Shown here: positions 38,921 to 52,496 of the stretch, in pieces | Numbering within the stretch: position 1 is the stretch's first letter | Layout of the letters: the number at the start of each line of letters is the position of its first letter | Assembly (NCBI GenBank): GCA_951406725.2 | Contig: OX597819.1 | Coordinates: 52,328,001-52,392,000, forward strand | DNA: 64,000 bases | Source of the DNA: Octopus vulgaris | Lineage: Eukaryota | Direction: 5' to 3' | Notes under the pieces: model-generated | The model's input: the letters and a program-made list of their open reading frames with translations, nothing else | Database searches by the model: none | Told to the model about the DNA's origin: nothing | Program-made: the position numbers and the translations under genes

Positions 38921-40030
38921 TGTTTAGCCCTAGATCAACCTAGATGAAGCAGATTTATAATCAAAAGCAATCCAGTCATGACTATCATGTCTTTTATCTT
39001 ATGTGCAGAGAACATAAAGTGTGATTTCAGAGAGATTCCATTGCTTTTTCTAGCCTGTTAAGTGGTCATGTAAAGGCTTTCTCAAACTATCAATTAGTGT
39101 CCTGGTCCAGCAAGACCATAACCAATGGCATTCCAGCCATGATCATCCCATTGTATTTGCGTTGTATCTAGAACTACAATATCTGCCCTTCCATTTTTAG
39201 GGAGATTTAGCTGGCAGAGTGGCTATGCAGGAGCTTCTTTATGTCAATGATTATGTAAATATGTTTGGTCATGGTGGTAGCATTGCTATTTCTAGCAGAT
39301 GGAATGACAACACAGAGGCTTCTTTATGTCAGTGGTTAAGTAACATTGGTAGTGTTGCTGCTATTTCTAGAAGCTTTCAGTGACCATGTAGACACCCTTC
39401 TTCATGTCAATGTCAATGGTTATGTAACAGTAGTGGTGGTCATGGTGCTGCTGTTTTTAGCAAGTCAATCAACCACAAAGAAGCTCCCATATTGGGGTAT
39501 TAATGGTGTTAATATAACACTTATGATATTAGTGTTATTTAGCCCCAGGCCAGCCATAGTGGTGGTAGTAGTAGTAGTATTAGTTGTGTTTTGAGCTAAT
39601 TATATAACTAATAGATGTTTGGTTGCAGATCAGCATTGATTGAGAAAAACCTATGATCAAGGGTGTTCCAATCATGACCACCCCAACATTTTCTTAAGAA
39701 GTGCAGGGAACCCAGGACTAAGTATCAAATGCATACTTTCTTCGGACAACTTAGTGTGGCTTGACGAAAATTTGGCTACTATTTCTAGCATCATGAGCAA
39801 CCATTTAGAGGCTCCCTCATTAGTTCAGTCAGTGACGATGTATATTATGCGAAGCCTATAGTGGTTTCGATGGTGTTGTTATATAGCCCCAAGTTAGCCT
39901 GAGAGAGCAATTCTCTGATCATAGGGTTTCCATTTGTGACCATACCTTCTATTTTAAACACAGCTTCGAGTGACTTGAGTGAGATTTGGAAACCCTTTCT
40001 AGCAGGTTGAATGACCACAAAGATGGTCCT
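38921..40030 (+). repeat. Array of family E copies and repeated E 3' ends
   Basis: TTTAGCCC / ATTCCAGCCATGA / GCTATTTCTAGCA...AGAGGCT motifs recur about 7 times in the same orientation. Confidence 0.65.
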
Positions 40031-41267
40031 CCAGTGGAGATATTGTTGGTGATGGTGGCACTGGGAGAGGTGGTTGTACTGGGGACAGGGGTTCGGGTGG
40101 TAGCGGTGGTGGGAGTACCCAATGAAAAGTGTGCTGAAGAAAGAGATGAAGTGGTTTGCAGTAGTGTTGGTGATGTAGAGGTGGTGAGGAGTGTGTATCT
40201 GTGTATAGGTGATAGCGGTGGTGGTGGTGGAAACAGGTGGAGGGTGATTGCAGTGCAGGAGGTAGTGCAAGTATAATGGTAATGACAACTGTATCCTTGG
40301 TGGACAGTGATAGTGGTGAAGGTGTTAATGGAAGCATGCAACAGAATACCTGGTGGTGATGAGGGAAGGTGGGTGCAGCACAGGAGATAGTAGTAGTAAT
40401 AGTGATGGTGGCAGTGATAATGAAGATGGTGGTGATGGTGGTGACAATAGTGGTGGTGGTGATCATGGTGGTGGTGGTTGCAGTGGTGATGTCAACAGCA
40501 TATCAGGTAGTTAGTGTTTGGTAATGGGTGTGTAGCTGAGGCCATGATGATGATGATGATGATGGTGATGGTGGTGGTGGTGGTTGTCGTCGTTGTCATC
40601 ATTGTGATGGTGTTGGGAGTTGTAGTAGTTGCAGAGATGTTAGAGAAATGTGTGTTGTTTGATTAGGAGACGGTGGTGTAGAGGGGTGTTAGTGATGGTA
40701 CTTGCAGCAGCAGTGGTGGTGGAGCAGGACAAAAGGAGGTGGGGAGTATACACACACACACACACACACACACATGGACAAAAAAAAAATAAAAAAGAGA
40801 GAAAAGGAAAACAGATCACCAATTAACGTTTCCAGTTTCAAAAATATTGATCTTCCTGCTGAGTAACATATCAAAAGGTGGTTCACACACACACACACAC
40901 ACCCACGGAGGCACACACACACACACAAGAGTGTGTGCTATGAATATACAGACACAAAGAGGCACACAAACACGAAAACATTTGTAAACACGCACGTTCA
41001 CACAGATGAGCGTACTCACAATACTACATGCAAATACGCATACGCACACATTTTAGGATACAAATACACAAATACGTGAAAAATAACATGCGCGCACACA
41101 CCCACACACATACAGAGAAACATATACATAAATGCATACACTTCATCTCACTCATACACACACATACACATAAATATGTACATCCACACAAGTTCAAATG
41201 TACAACTAACATGTGTATATGTATGTGTGTATATACATATATGAATGATTATATATATATATATATG

Positions 41268-41300
<33 letters not shown>

Positions 41301-41373
41301 TATACATATTCATTTACATATGTGTGCATATATATATATTTATATATCTGTACACCACTTCAAACATTTTATA

Positions 41374-41410
<37 letters not shown>

Positions 41411-41462
41411 CATATATATACACATATATATGTATGTATATATATATATATGTGTGTATATA

Positions 41463-41509
<47 letters not shown>

Positions 41510-41639
41510 GCAACAGTGGCATTATTAGATTAAAATAGTCATTGATGTATCATACTTAATGTAAATACATTGTGATAGGCTAAAATTACTGCAGTATTTA
41601 TCCAGAGACAATATCTCTTATGGACATACTGTGCTGAAA

Positions 41640-41693
<54 letters not shown>

Positions 41694-42254
41694 AGCGGAC
41701 AAAATTCACCCCAGCAGTGGAGAGTGACAATGCTAGCATGATCAGATGACATCTATCATCACTGATACAAATGGAAACAATGAATAAACACTTACTGGTG
41801 TTGCAAGTAGCTGCCGAGCTGAATGAAAATCCATTAGATGCAACAGAAGTAGCATTAGATTAAAATAGTCACTTATGCATCAGAATGTGTGTGCATGTGT
41901 GTGTATGGTGTGTGTGTGTGTATGTAAATATATAGTAAGAGGAGGGATATAATATAGAGGCAGATACAGAATTTCTCTGAGTAAAAAGCCAAGGATGGTT
42001 CCTTCTGATGGTGCGTTTTTTGGTAATCTTCCTTCAGCTCCCATCCGATGTTTCAGCTTATTTCGTGGCTACTCAGAGTGTAAAGTACAATATTGATAAT
42101 AAGGAGAATGAAGAATTTGAACATTCAAATTTTATGTTTGTTTCCAGTTAGTTTATTCATAATACTAGTCCAACAGGTTTTGATTGTACCAACTGTATAT
42201 TGTTGCATATTCATATGCAGTGATTTATGCATTATTAGTATGATCTTTTCAGGG

Positions 42255-42308
<54 letters not shown>

Positions 42309-42311
42309 CAC

Positions 42312-42745
42312 CTTTTGTTTCAGTCATTAAACTGCAGCCATGCTGGGGTACCACCCAGGAGAATTTTAGTCACATGAATTGACCCCAGTTACTTGCATTT
42401 TTTATGCCTGGAACTTATTCAATCAGTCACTTTTTGTGAACTGCTAAGTTACAGGGACACACACGCACCAACATCAATTGCCATGTGGTGGTGGCAGGAA
42501 AATACAAAGACACATACACAAATATATATAAATATATGTGTGTGTGTATACACACACACACACACACATATGAAGGGCTATTTGGTTTCTGTCTACCACA
42601 AATCTACTCACTAGACTTTGGTCGACCTAGTAGAAAATTATAGTAGAAGGCTATAGTAGAAAACACTTGCCCAAGGTGCCATGTAGGGTGACTGAACCCA
42701 GAACTATATGGTTGGAAAGCAAACTTCTTACCACAGCCATGCCAT
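42312..42745 (-). mobile_element. SINE family A, diverged
   Basis: Reverse-complement match. Confidence 0.75.
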
Positions 42746-42903
42746 TGGTTCCTCAAAAAGTGATAAATAACAGAACTCAGTACATAAGTGTAGAGTATTT
42801 TTTTAATACTTTGTTGTGTCAGGGGAGAGTCATTCTCTTTTAGTGCCTTATTACTTAACACAGTCACTGGTAAAGTTTCCACTCATTTACTTATTTATTT
42901 TTC

Positions 42904-42940
42904 CTAAAATTTTCGTTGCATCTTGCAACCTTTTCAATAG
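42904..42940 (-). ncRNA. Apparently intact minimal type I hammerhead, U3-A8 variant
   Basis: Minus: CTA-TTGAAAA-G-GTTGC-AAGAT-GCAAC-GAAA-AT-TT-TAG: stem I CTA/TAG, perfect 5-bp stem II, palindromic AAAATTTT stem III. Confidence 0.72.
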
Positions 42941-43404
42941 TTGTTGAAATACATTTTAATACATTATAATGGAAAGACTTCTAATTCTAATACTCAAAGT
43001 AACACATTGCCAATCATTCACAAATACCCCTAAATGTGTATAGGTATGTACACATGCATATCAGTGCAAATGCAGATACATGCTGGTGGCTATAAGCATA
43101 TATACTCTCTCTTTTACTCTTTCACTTGTTTCAGTCATTTGACTGTGGCCATGCTGGAGCACCGCCTTTAGTCGAGCAAATCGACCCCGGGACTTATTCT
43201 TTGTAAGCCTAGTACTTATTCTATCGGTCTCTTTTGCCAAACAGCCATGACTATGATTTCACTTGGCTTGACAGGTCTTCCGAAACACGGCATATTGCTA
43301 AAGATCTTGGTCACTTATCATTGCCTCCGTGAGGCCCAGTGTTCAAGCCTCACTGCAAATACTATATTTTTTACATCATAATATTTTGTATTTGAACTGT
43401 TTTA

Positions 43405-43600
43405 TTGTTTAGCCCCAAGTCAACCTTCATCCAGCAGAGCAATCTATGATCGACAATATTCCAGCAGCAAAGAGTAACCATGTTGTCCTATTTTCTGGTA
43501 TCGAACATCTAGGACTACATTATCCAGTATGTCATTCTTCGTTTAAGATGGTAGTGTATGATTTGGCTTTTATTTCTAACAAGCTAAGAGACCTCCTTGC
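43405..43600 (+). repeat. Family E copy
   Basis: TTGTTTAGCCCCAAGTCAACC...GGACTACATTATCCAG...GATGGTAGTG...TATTTCTAACAAG. Confidence 0.65.
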
Positions 43601-44261
43601 CTTATTGTTGCTGTTGTCGTTGCCGTTGCTGTAAATACCACTGTTGTGATTACTAGTGTTGTTGATTTCACATTGTAATTAATTTTATGGTTTTGTTGTC
43701 GTTAAAATCGTTGCTGTTGTGATTACTGCTGTAGTTAGAATAATTAGCGTCAATGCTGTTGTTGTTGTTGTTCTTGTTGCTATTGCTGCCCCTACTGGTG
43801 TTGCTGTTGTTGAAATTACTGTCATGATTGCTGCTGTTAATGTTCCTATTACTGCTGCAGTCATTTCTTTGTTGTGTTGCTGTTGTTGTTCATATTGATG
43901 TGTGTAATTAATGCTACTGTTGTGATTAATGCTGGTGTTGTTAATTTCACAGTTATGATGAATGCTGCTGCTCTTATAATTGTTAGTGTGGGTGTCATTA
44001 TTGCTATTGTAGTTACTCACCATGATAAAAGCTATGTGACTGTTAACATATTTAATACAATGAGCATCAAAATTACCATCAAAAACACTTATACATTGGG
44101 GGGGGGCAGAAGACATAACATTTACTACTAATATTTTAATAATTTCAGCAAGCATGGGACACAACTCAGTGCATGTTTCAGTTTTATTCAACCTTGTCAG
44201 CAGAGCAAACTTCGTTGTCCTTGCCAAAATAGTGATGAGAAATTCAGTAAGTAGATAATCT

Positions 44262-44508
44262 CTCTTTACTCTCTTTTACTTGTTTCAGTCATTTGACTGC
44301 GGCCATGCTGAAGCACCGCCATTAGTCGAGTTAATCGACCCCAGCACTTATTCTTTGTAATCCTAGTACTTATTCTATCGGTCTCTTTTTGCTGAACCGC
44401 TAACTTACAGGGACATAAGCACACCAGCATTGGTTGTCAAGCGATGTTGGGGGGACAAAGACAGACGCAGAAACACAGACACACAAACATAAACACACAC
44501 ACACATGC

Positions 44509-44539
<31 letters not shown>

Positions 44540-44675
44540 TACGACGGGCTTCTTTCAGTTTCCATCAACCAAATCCACTCACAAGGCTTTGGTCAGCCCA
44601 AGGCTATAGTGGAAGACACTTGCCCAAAGTGCCATGCAGTGGGACTGAACCCAGAACCATGTGGTTGGTAAGCAA
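44262..44675 (-). mobile_element. SINE family A
   Basis: High-similarity copy. Confidence 0.9.
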
Positions 44676-45006
44676 CCTAAACAACTGTACACAAGTACAA
44701 TTGAAAAGTAGCATAACTAAATAAAGAAATAGAGAAATAAATAAATAAACTTCAAAGGTTAATTCTCCAGAGATGCAATCAGCAAAATCAGGCATATGAA
44801 TTACAATATTCACATGCAAGGGTACTTTATGGGCATCATATTACAACATTCCTTTAACACCACTAATACTAAACCACACATCAGCATTATATTAGAATGC
44901 CACTATGATCACAATCTGTTTGAGACAAATATTTACAAAGACATTAAACTAACTGTGATAGATTTAAACATCATCCCAAACTGGTACAAAAGGTAATTTT
45001 TCTATC

Positions 45007-45170
45007 TATCATCATCATTTAACGTCCATTTCTCATGCTGGGATGGGTTGGACTGTTTGACAGAAAACTGGAAAGCTGGGTGCTGCACCAGGTTCCAATC
45101 TGTTTTGGCATGGTTTCTATGGCTGGATGTCCTTCCTAATGCCAACCACTGAGTGCTTTTTACACCAGTA
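45007..45170 (-). mobile_element. Family D 3' part
   Basis: (CAT)n TTTAACGTCC...GGCTGGATGTCCTTCCTAATGCCAACCAC. Confidence 0.75.
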
Positions 45171-46290
45171 TGTGATTTGGACATAAAATTCAAATAGGTC
45201 ACATGTGTCTTGTTGACCTTTCAAATTATGCAAATTACCTAGATAAAGTGTTCTTACTTTTTTTTTTTTGTATAAGTCTTCAGCCTTTGGCTGCTGGAGA
45301 TAAGTTTAGACAATTGATGTAGTGATGATGGTTACAGAACCAGAAACACATGTCCACAACTGTCCTCTTGATCCTTGACCTTATTTCCTCTTCTCATATG
45401 GAGCTGGTCTTAATTTCCATTTGATAATTACAATGCAACCTCTAGAGGCAGAGATAATTTAAATAAAAATCAAGAATTTATGCTGTATGGTATTTGATAT
45501 ACCTGTACATGTATATGTACGGTATGCTGGTATGGACATAAAAGTACACATGGATGACACCTATCTGATGGCCAAGCCTCATTTTGCTAAACACTAGCCG
45601 AAGACCAAAGTAGAAGACCAAAGAAGACATTGGATAAAGTGATAAGATTAAATCAGAAGAATACCGAGTTCTAACATTTGGTAGGGATGTTGATTATATT
45701 GACCAAAATATCAAGTATATTTTATCCCTGGGAAGATGAAAAGAAAAGACAAGATCAGCAGGATTTCAACTCAGGATATAATGGTATACAACTAAATATA
45801 GTCAGGCATTAGTATTGGTAAGCTGACAGACAAAATGCTTTAAGTTCTGAGATCACATTCCGATGAGGTCAACTTTGGTACTGGGGATCAATGAGATCAA
45901 GTGTTCTCTACTTTCTCTTAAAATTGCTCACCTTGTGCTTAAATCAGAAAACATTACTATTAAAACAATGATGATAATAAAAAAAGAGAAGAAACCAAAG
46001 CCGCTGTACATCAAGTCTACTGTTTCTCATCCTGTAGTCAACAGATTAAGAGACCAAACATGGATTAAAAGTAGATCATCCATGCTAATCACGCCAGTCT
46101 GTTGTCCATGATAGGGTTGGCAAAATGATCCCAGATCTGACCAAAATATAAAATGCCGGCAAGGTTCAGTCAGAGGCTTGCTTGTTAGAATTCTCTCAGG
46201 GTAGGAGGGAATGGCTAGTGAATATCCTTGATAGAAACAACATCAACAATAGCAGAAGTAACAGTTACATATGTATTATCTATACAGAGA

Positions 46291-46690
46291 CAGGAGTAGC
46301 TGTGTGGTGAGTAGCTTGCTTACCAACCACATTGTTCCGGGTTCAGTCCTACTGCATGGTACCTTGGGCACGCAGTCTTCTACTATAGCCTCGGGCTGAC
46401 CAAAGCCTTGTGAGTGGATTTAGTAGATGGAAACTGAAAGAAGCCCGTCGTATATATATATGTATATATATGTGTGTGTGTGTGTGTGTGTTTGCGTGTC
46501 TGCATTTGTGGCCCCAACATCACTTGACAACCGATGCTGGTGTGTTTATGTCCCCGTAACTTAGCAGTTTGGTAAAAGAGACTGATAGAATAAGTACTAG
46601 GATTACAAAGAATAAGTCCTGGGGTTGATTTATCCGACTAAAGGCAGTGCTCCAGCATGGCCACAGTCAAATGACTGAAACAAGTAAAAG
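46291..46690 (+). mobile_element. SINE family A
   Basis: Full-length collinear copy. Confidence 0.9.
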
Positions 46691-47536
46691 AGAGAGACAT
46701 ACACTACCTTTACGCAGATACTGTTACATACACGGTCTATACAAATATATACAGACACACAACACCTACACAAAAAAACACAGACACATAAATGATCTAC
46801 ACAGACATATACACCACCTACCCATAGACACATACATACACCATCTGCAAGTACAGGATTTACAGTTTATAAGATTCTGAGAATTGGATTTAGTTAGTAC
46901 TTAATGTCAGCATTCATTTTGGGAGAAATGGAGATTGTGTAATAGATTAGATTATATATTTGCACACACACACCACACACAAATATACACATAGTGTGTA
47001 TACACATTTCTAATGTGTATACAAATGTGAACAGCACTAGGTATAATATTTTGTCTCAAGGAAACTACTCAAAGACACTTTTGAATTTCAAGTGCATATA
47101 TTAATTTTGTACAGACATACATGTGTGGAGAGAGAGAGAGAAAGAGTTACATGTATACACACACACACATATATACACTAGAGTATGTATGCATGTGTTT
47201 GTTTTAAAGAGAGAGCAAATGAAAAGTAAAGAGGTAGAGACAAAAACAACAAAGCAAACACAGAAAGTGAAAGTGAAAGTGAGAAGGAGAAAGAGGGAGT
47301 TTTTCATGTCTTTTCTTATTAATTAATAGTTAAAATCTACTCCGTTGTTGCTCATTCCTATATTATCTATTACCTGAAGCAAGTTTCTTAACTCATATGA
47401 CAAAAAACCATTCCAAGAACTCCAACATTTCCCTCAAAACTTCTGACAAGATTGCAGCAAAATCTGGCGATTGCTTTCCTGTTTGTTTTTAATTTTAGCT
47501 TTTGAAATTTTGTTTTAATTTGTGTGTTTGTCTATA

Positions 47537-47580
<44 letters not shown>

Positions 47581-47984
47581 TTCTCCCTCTCCCTCTTCAG
47601 ATACTACACACACACTTGAATGTATGTGATGTATTGAATTGAATTTCTTTGTCTGTAGGCTTTATATATAAATTCCAATCTGTATACACACATTTCTCTC
47701 ACTCTTTGTGTGTGTGTGTACCCAATGTGTGGAATGTGTTGCAAGCTATATATCTGTAGGTTTACATGGTGTGTGTGTATGTATGTATGCATATATATGT
47801 ATGTATATATATATATGTATGCATATATATGTATGTATACATGTGTATGTGTATATGTGTGCATTTATATATGTATGCATCCTGCATACTTGCATATGTG
47901 TATGTATTACATGTGTATGTGCTTTGATTTATGTGTTTTGTTTGGTATGATGCATATGTTGATGTGTGTGTGTGTGTGTGTATG

Positions 47985-48015
<31 letters not shown>

Positions 48016-48969
48016 ATATATATTTATGTATGTGTGTGCATGTGTTTTATATATGTATATATATATATGATGCATATGTATATATGTGTGTGTGTGTGTG
48101 TGTATGTATGTATATATATATATGTATATATATATATGTATATATATATATGTATGTATGTATGTATGTGTATGTGCATTATGTGTATGTAGTATGAGTA
48201 TACAGTGTGTATGTGTGTTGTGTATGCAGTGTGTATGGAGCGAATGTAGACATGCATGCTATGTGAGTATGTAGTGTGTGTGTGTGTGGTGTATGCAGTG
48301 TGTATGTGGTGTATGTAGACATGCATGCAACATATGTAATGTCGTGTATGTGTGTAATACTGAATTCATTTTACTCGTTTAATTTATTTACAACTTTTGT
48401 TTTATTAAAAAAAATGGGGGTAGGGAGAGAAAGAAAATGAAATAAGAAAATCAACAATAACAGTAGTGGCAGTGGCAGCAGTGGTGGTGGTGGTGGTGAT
48501 AGTGATATATGGCAGTAATGGGTGGTGGTGGTGGTGGTATTGGTGTTAGTGATGGGGTAGTTTGTGGCAGTTGGTGCGATAGTGTTAGTGGTGATATATA
48601 GTGGAAATGGTGTTGCTGTTAGTGATATAATCATGTGTTAAGGGTATTGGTAATGGTGGTGATGGTGATGGTGTTAGTGTAGTGTGTGCTAGTGGGATCA
48701 CTGGTGTGGTAATGGTATTGATGTAGGAGGTATGTAGTGTGGTGATGATAATAATGTTAGTAACAGGATAGCGGATGTGTGTGTTTATGACACTAGTGGT
48801 AGTATATGTTATTATTATGGTAGTATGTGTGGTAATGGTTGTAGTAATGTGTGGGAGTTGAAGCATTGGTGTTAGTAAGGTAATGATGGTGTTGTTGGTA
48901 TTGGTGGTGGTGGTGGTGGTTGTTGTGGTATGTGCTAATGAATGTTGTATGGTATGCGTTGCTATTGTA

Positions 48970-49790
48970 ATTTAGCCCCAGAATAGCCCTGATTGAGCAA
49001 GACTATAATCAAAGACATTCCAGCCATGACCAGCTTTACCTTACTTCCAGACACGTTTCTAGGATCATATTACCCAATGTCCTTCTTTTTCAAGAAAGCA
49101 GGGGTGATAATAAAGGAGATTTGGCTGATATTTCTAGCAAGTGAACAACCACATAAATGCTCCTACACAGGCGATGATGATGGTGATGGTGTAAGGTAAT
49201 GTCGTTGTTCTTTGACCCTAAGTCAACCTTGGATGAGCAGAACCATGATCAAAGATATTCCAGCCATGATCACCTCGTCTGTTTAATGATGATCAGGAAT
49301 AACAAAATAAATGCCTCTCAGTTTGTTTCCATGACAGAAGAATGAGACTTGAAGAAGATTTAGTCACTATGTCTAGCACGTCAAGGAGTATATAGGTTTT
49401 AATGATGACAGTATTGGTGGTGGTGAGGGTGATGACTATGATGATGAGGAATGGAATTGTCTATGATAACAATAATGTTATCGTTAACGAGTTTCTCAGC
49501 TTGTTTTACAAGGCAGTTGATAAGATTTGAGGGAGATTTTGGTTGCTATATCTAGCAGGCCAAGGAGAATATAGGCTTTGATGATGATAATATTGGTGGT
49601 GGTTGTAGTGATGGTGATTATGATGATGATGATGATGATGAGGATGAGGATGAAGACGATGACAAAAGGGATTTTCTTGGATAACATTATTTAATGAGTC
49701 TCTCAGCTTGCTTTCAAGACAGCCAGAGAAATTTGAGGGAGACGTGGCAGCTACTACAAGCAGGTCAAGGAGTATATCGGTTTTGAAGGT
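48970..49790 (+). repeat. Array of family E copies/fragments in GGT/GAT-rich DNA
   Basis: Four recurrences of GAGATTT(G/T)G...TCTAGCA(G)GTCAAGG-like ends. Confidence 0.65.
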
Positions 49791-51477
49791 GCTGATGCTT
49801 GTGGTGGTGTAAGCAATGATGATGATGATGATGGGTGGGGTGGGGGAGAAAAGAGGGGAGGCCAGTGGATTGAGGGAGGAGGAAAATGTGTGGTATTACT
49901 TCACAGTGGAGAGACATCCATCAAGTCTACATTACACATTGAGCAACAAGGATGAAGTGCTTCAATAAATTAACCAGGCTTCACTCCAATTACTTGTGTC
50001 AGTAGCAATAGTAGTCATAGTGATATTGGTGGTGGTGGTTGTATTAAGGCACAGAGAGGTAGGAGCAGGGTGTGATGGTAGTGGAGAAAGATGATGGTAG
50101 AAGTGATGAGAGAGAGAGAGAGAGCCAAAGAGAAAGAGAGAGTGAGAGAGAGAAGTGATTATGAAGATACAGCTTTGAGGGGAGGAGCGAGGAGAGAGTA
50201 CTGCCAGTGGTGCTGATGTAGGTGGTAATGGTGGTGGTGAAGTAGTTGTGGTGACGATGGTAGTGGTGGTGGCGATGGTTGTGGTGGTGGCGATGGTTGT
50301 GGTGGCGGCGATGGTGGTGTTGGTGGTAATAGTGGTTGTGGTTATGTGAAAGTTTGTAGAGCGGTGTGAGTGTGTGTGTGTGGGGGGGAGTTAGACAGAT
50401 AATGGTGATGGTGTTGAGGTGGGAGAGATGTAAGGAGGGCCAGGTAACTGTGAGAATGGGTAGTGACAGTAAGGGATAGTGTGGAATGTAAAGAGGGGGT
50501 GGGGAGGTAACATTGGTGGGTGAGAAACGGGTGGGGGGAAGGGTGCAGTGCATGTGCTAGGGGTTAGTGGATGGTGATCCAGCAACGTTGGGTGGTGGTG
50601 ATGGTGGTGGGGTGGAAAGCAAATGTGACCAACGAATGAGGAAGAGAGGCAGAAAGCAATGGTAGGGATGATGATAATGGTAATGACTGTGGTGCCAGCA
50701 GAGATGCTGAAATGGAGCGGAGAGTGGGAAGAGGAGAGGATGGTTGTGAAAGGGGTAGAAATGAAGTGACTGTGTGAGTGGATAATGGTGTTGGTGGTGG
50801 GATAGGATGAAGGGTGGGGGAAGACATGCAAACCTGCAGCAGGAAGGAAAATAACTAGGGTATGTGGTACCCATTTTTCCTTTACTGGGGTAGGCAGAAG
50901 AGGAGGGAAGGATGAAGGTGAGGAGGAGCGGAAGAATGAAGTGGTGCAGAAGAATGCAGAGGATGAAGAGAAGGTGGTGGTGATGTAAGGAGGTAAGTGG
51001 AAAGTTAGGAAAAAACAAGAAGAAAAGAGAAAAGCAAACAAAAAAATTTAAATGAAAAGAAATGTAAAAAAAATAAAAACAAAAAAGCTAACATGAAAAT
51101 TTAGAAAAAAATGGAGAAAGGAACGAAAACAAAAAAAATAAAGAAAAATATAAAGAAGTGTGTGTGTGAGAGTATGTGTATGGGGGAGATGACACATAAT
51201 ATTAACAGGAATGGTGGGAGGTGAGAGGTGTTTGATGAGGAACATTCTGGAAATTTTCCTCCCTTCACACACACAAACTTGGCAGCTCCATAAAAAAAAG
51301 AAAAAAAATTTGGAATTTTAAATTGGTCAAAATTGAGAACCTTTTTAGCAGAGAGTTTCGAACAAATTTTTAAGTTGAACATTGACAGTTCAAAGCCAGT
51401 TATACTCCATTCTGTTCAACTTTTCAATCTACTGAAGCTCCTCCTTCTCCTCTCCTTCTCTTCTTCCTCCTCCTCCT

Positions 51478-51650
51478 CATCATCATCATACGCCCATTTT
51501 TCATGCTTGCATGGGTTCAATGGTTTTACAAGATCTGGCAAGCCACAAGGTTGTGTCAAACCTTGGCATGTTTATTATGGTCGGATACCCTTTCCTAATA
51601 CCAACCACCTCACAGTGAGCACAGGGTACTTTTTTGTGCCACTGGCAAGA
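51478..51650 (-). mobile_element. Family D 3' part
   Basis: (CAT)n...CATGCTTGCATGGG...CCCTTTCCTAATACCAACCAC. Confidence 0.65.
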
Positions 51651-51667
51651 TAAATACCTCAAATACA

Positions 51668-51875
51668 TTTCTTTCTAATTTTGGCATGAGGCCAATAAAT
51701 TTCAAGGGAGGGATCAAGGTAATTACACTGATCCCAGAACTTTATTTTATCGACCCTAAAAGTATGAAAAACAAAGCTGACTTCAGCAGGATTTGAACTC
51801 AGAATGAAAAGAGTTGCAAAATATGCCAACAAACATTTTGCTCAGCACACTAACAATTCTGCCATCTTACTGCCT
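51668..51875 (-). mobile_element. SINE family B, diverged
   Basis: Reverse-complement match. Confidence 0.7.
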
Positions 51876-52496
51876 GAATACCAGTAATATATTAGTATAG
51901 GTTCAGTTGGCTTTACCACATATACCCAGCACATAATACAATGCACAATATTCACCCCACCTCCAAGACCTTTTGACCCTTCATGTCAGCTAACTAGTTA
52001 AAGCTCTGCAGTTCTACACAATCTTTGTCAACAATTGTGCTTCAATCTTGATTCATCCAAGGCAGCTAAATTAATGACCAAAACTATATTCTTAACCTTT
52101 ATTGCACAGGGACCAACTACACTCAGTTCCATGTATGTGCACTTGATTCATGGGACCTGAGTTGACTCATTTTTGATAGTGGAATTCTCCGCATTTCACA
52201 TAACATAATACACACGTTTTATTTTTTACTGGTTAATAAAAGAAGTTGCTAGAACTGATTTGCATATGATTAGCATGTTACATTGCCAGCAAAAATTTAA
52301 TCAACACAATGCGCATTAAGCATGTCCCTCTACATCCATCATCAAACAAAGATGCCTAACTTCAAATCACCCAAATGATTCACATTTAGCTGCACTACAA
52401 CAGGAGAGGGGGAAGAACACTGCCTACAACACCTGCAACAACCCCAAAAAGACCCCACACACCTATCAACTGGTTTTTATCCACAACCAAAGCTTG

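Noticed and set aside
50482-50494. 13-nt match to the miR-1 5' end (TGGAATGTAAAGA)
   Set aside because: Diverges afterwards, lies in purine-rich low-complexity DNA, and has no hairpin partner.
50044-51041. His/Pro/Ser-rich minus-strand ORFs (169-216 aa)
   Set aside because: Arise from GGT/GA low-complexity DNA lacking stops in several frames; no recognisable domain.
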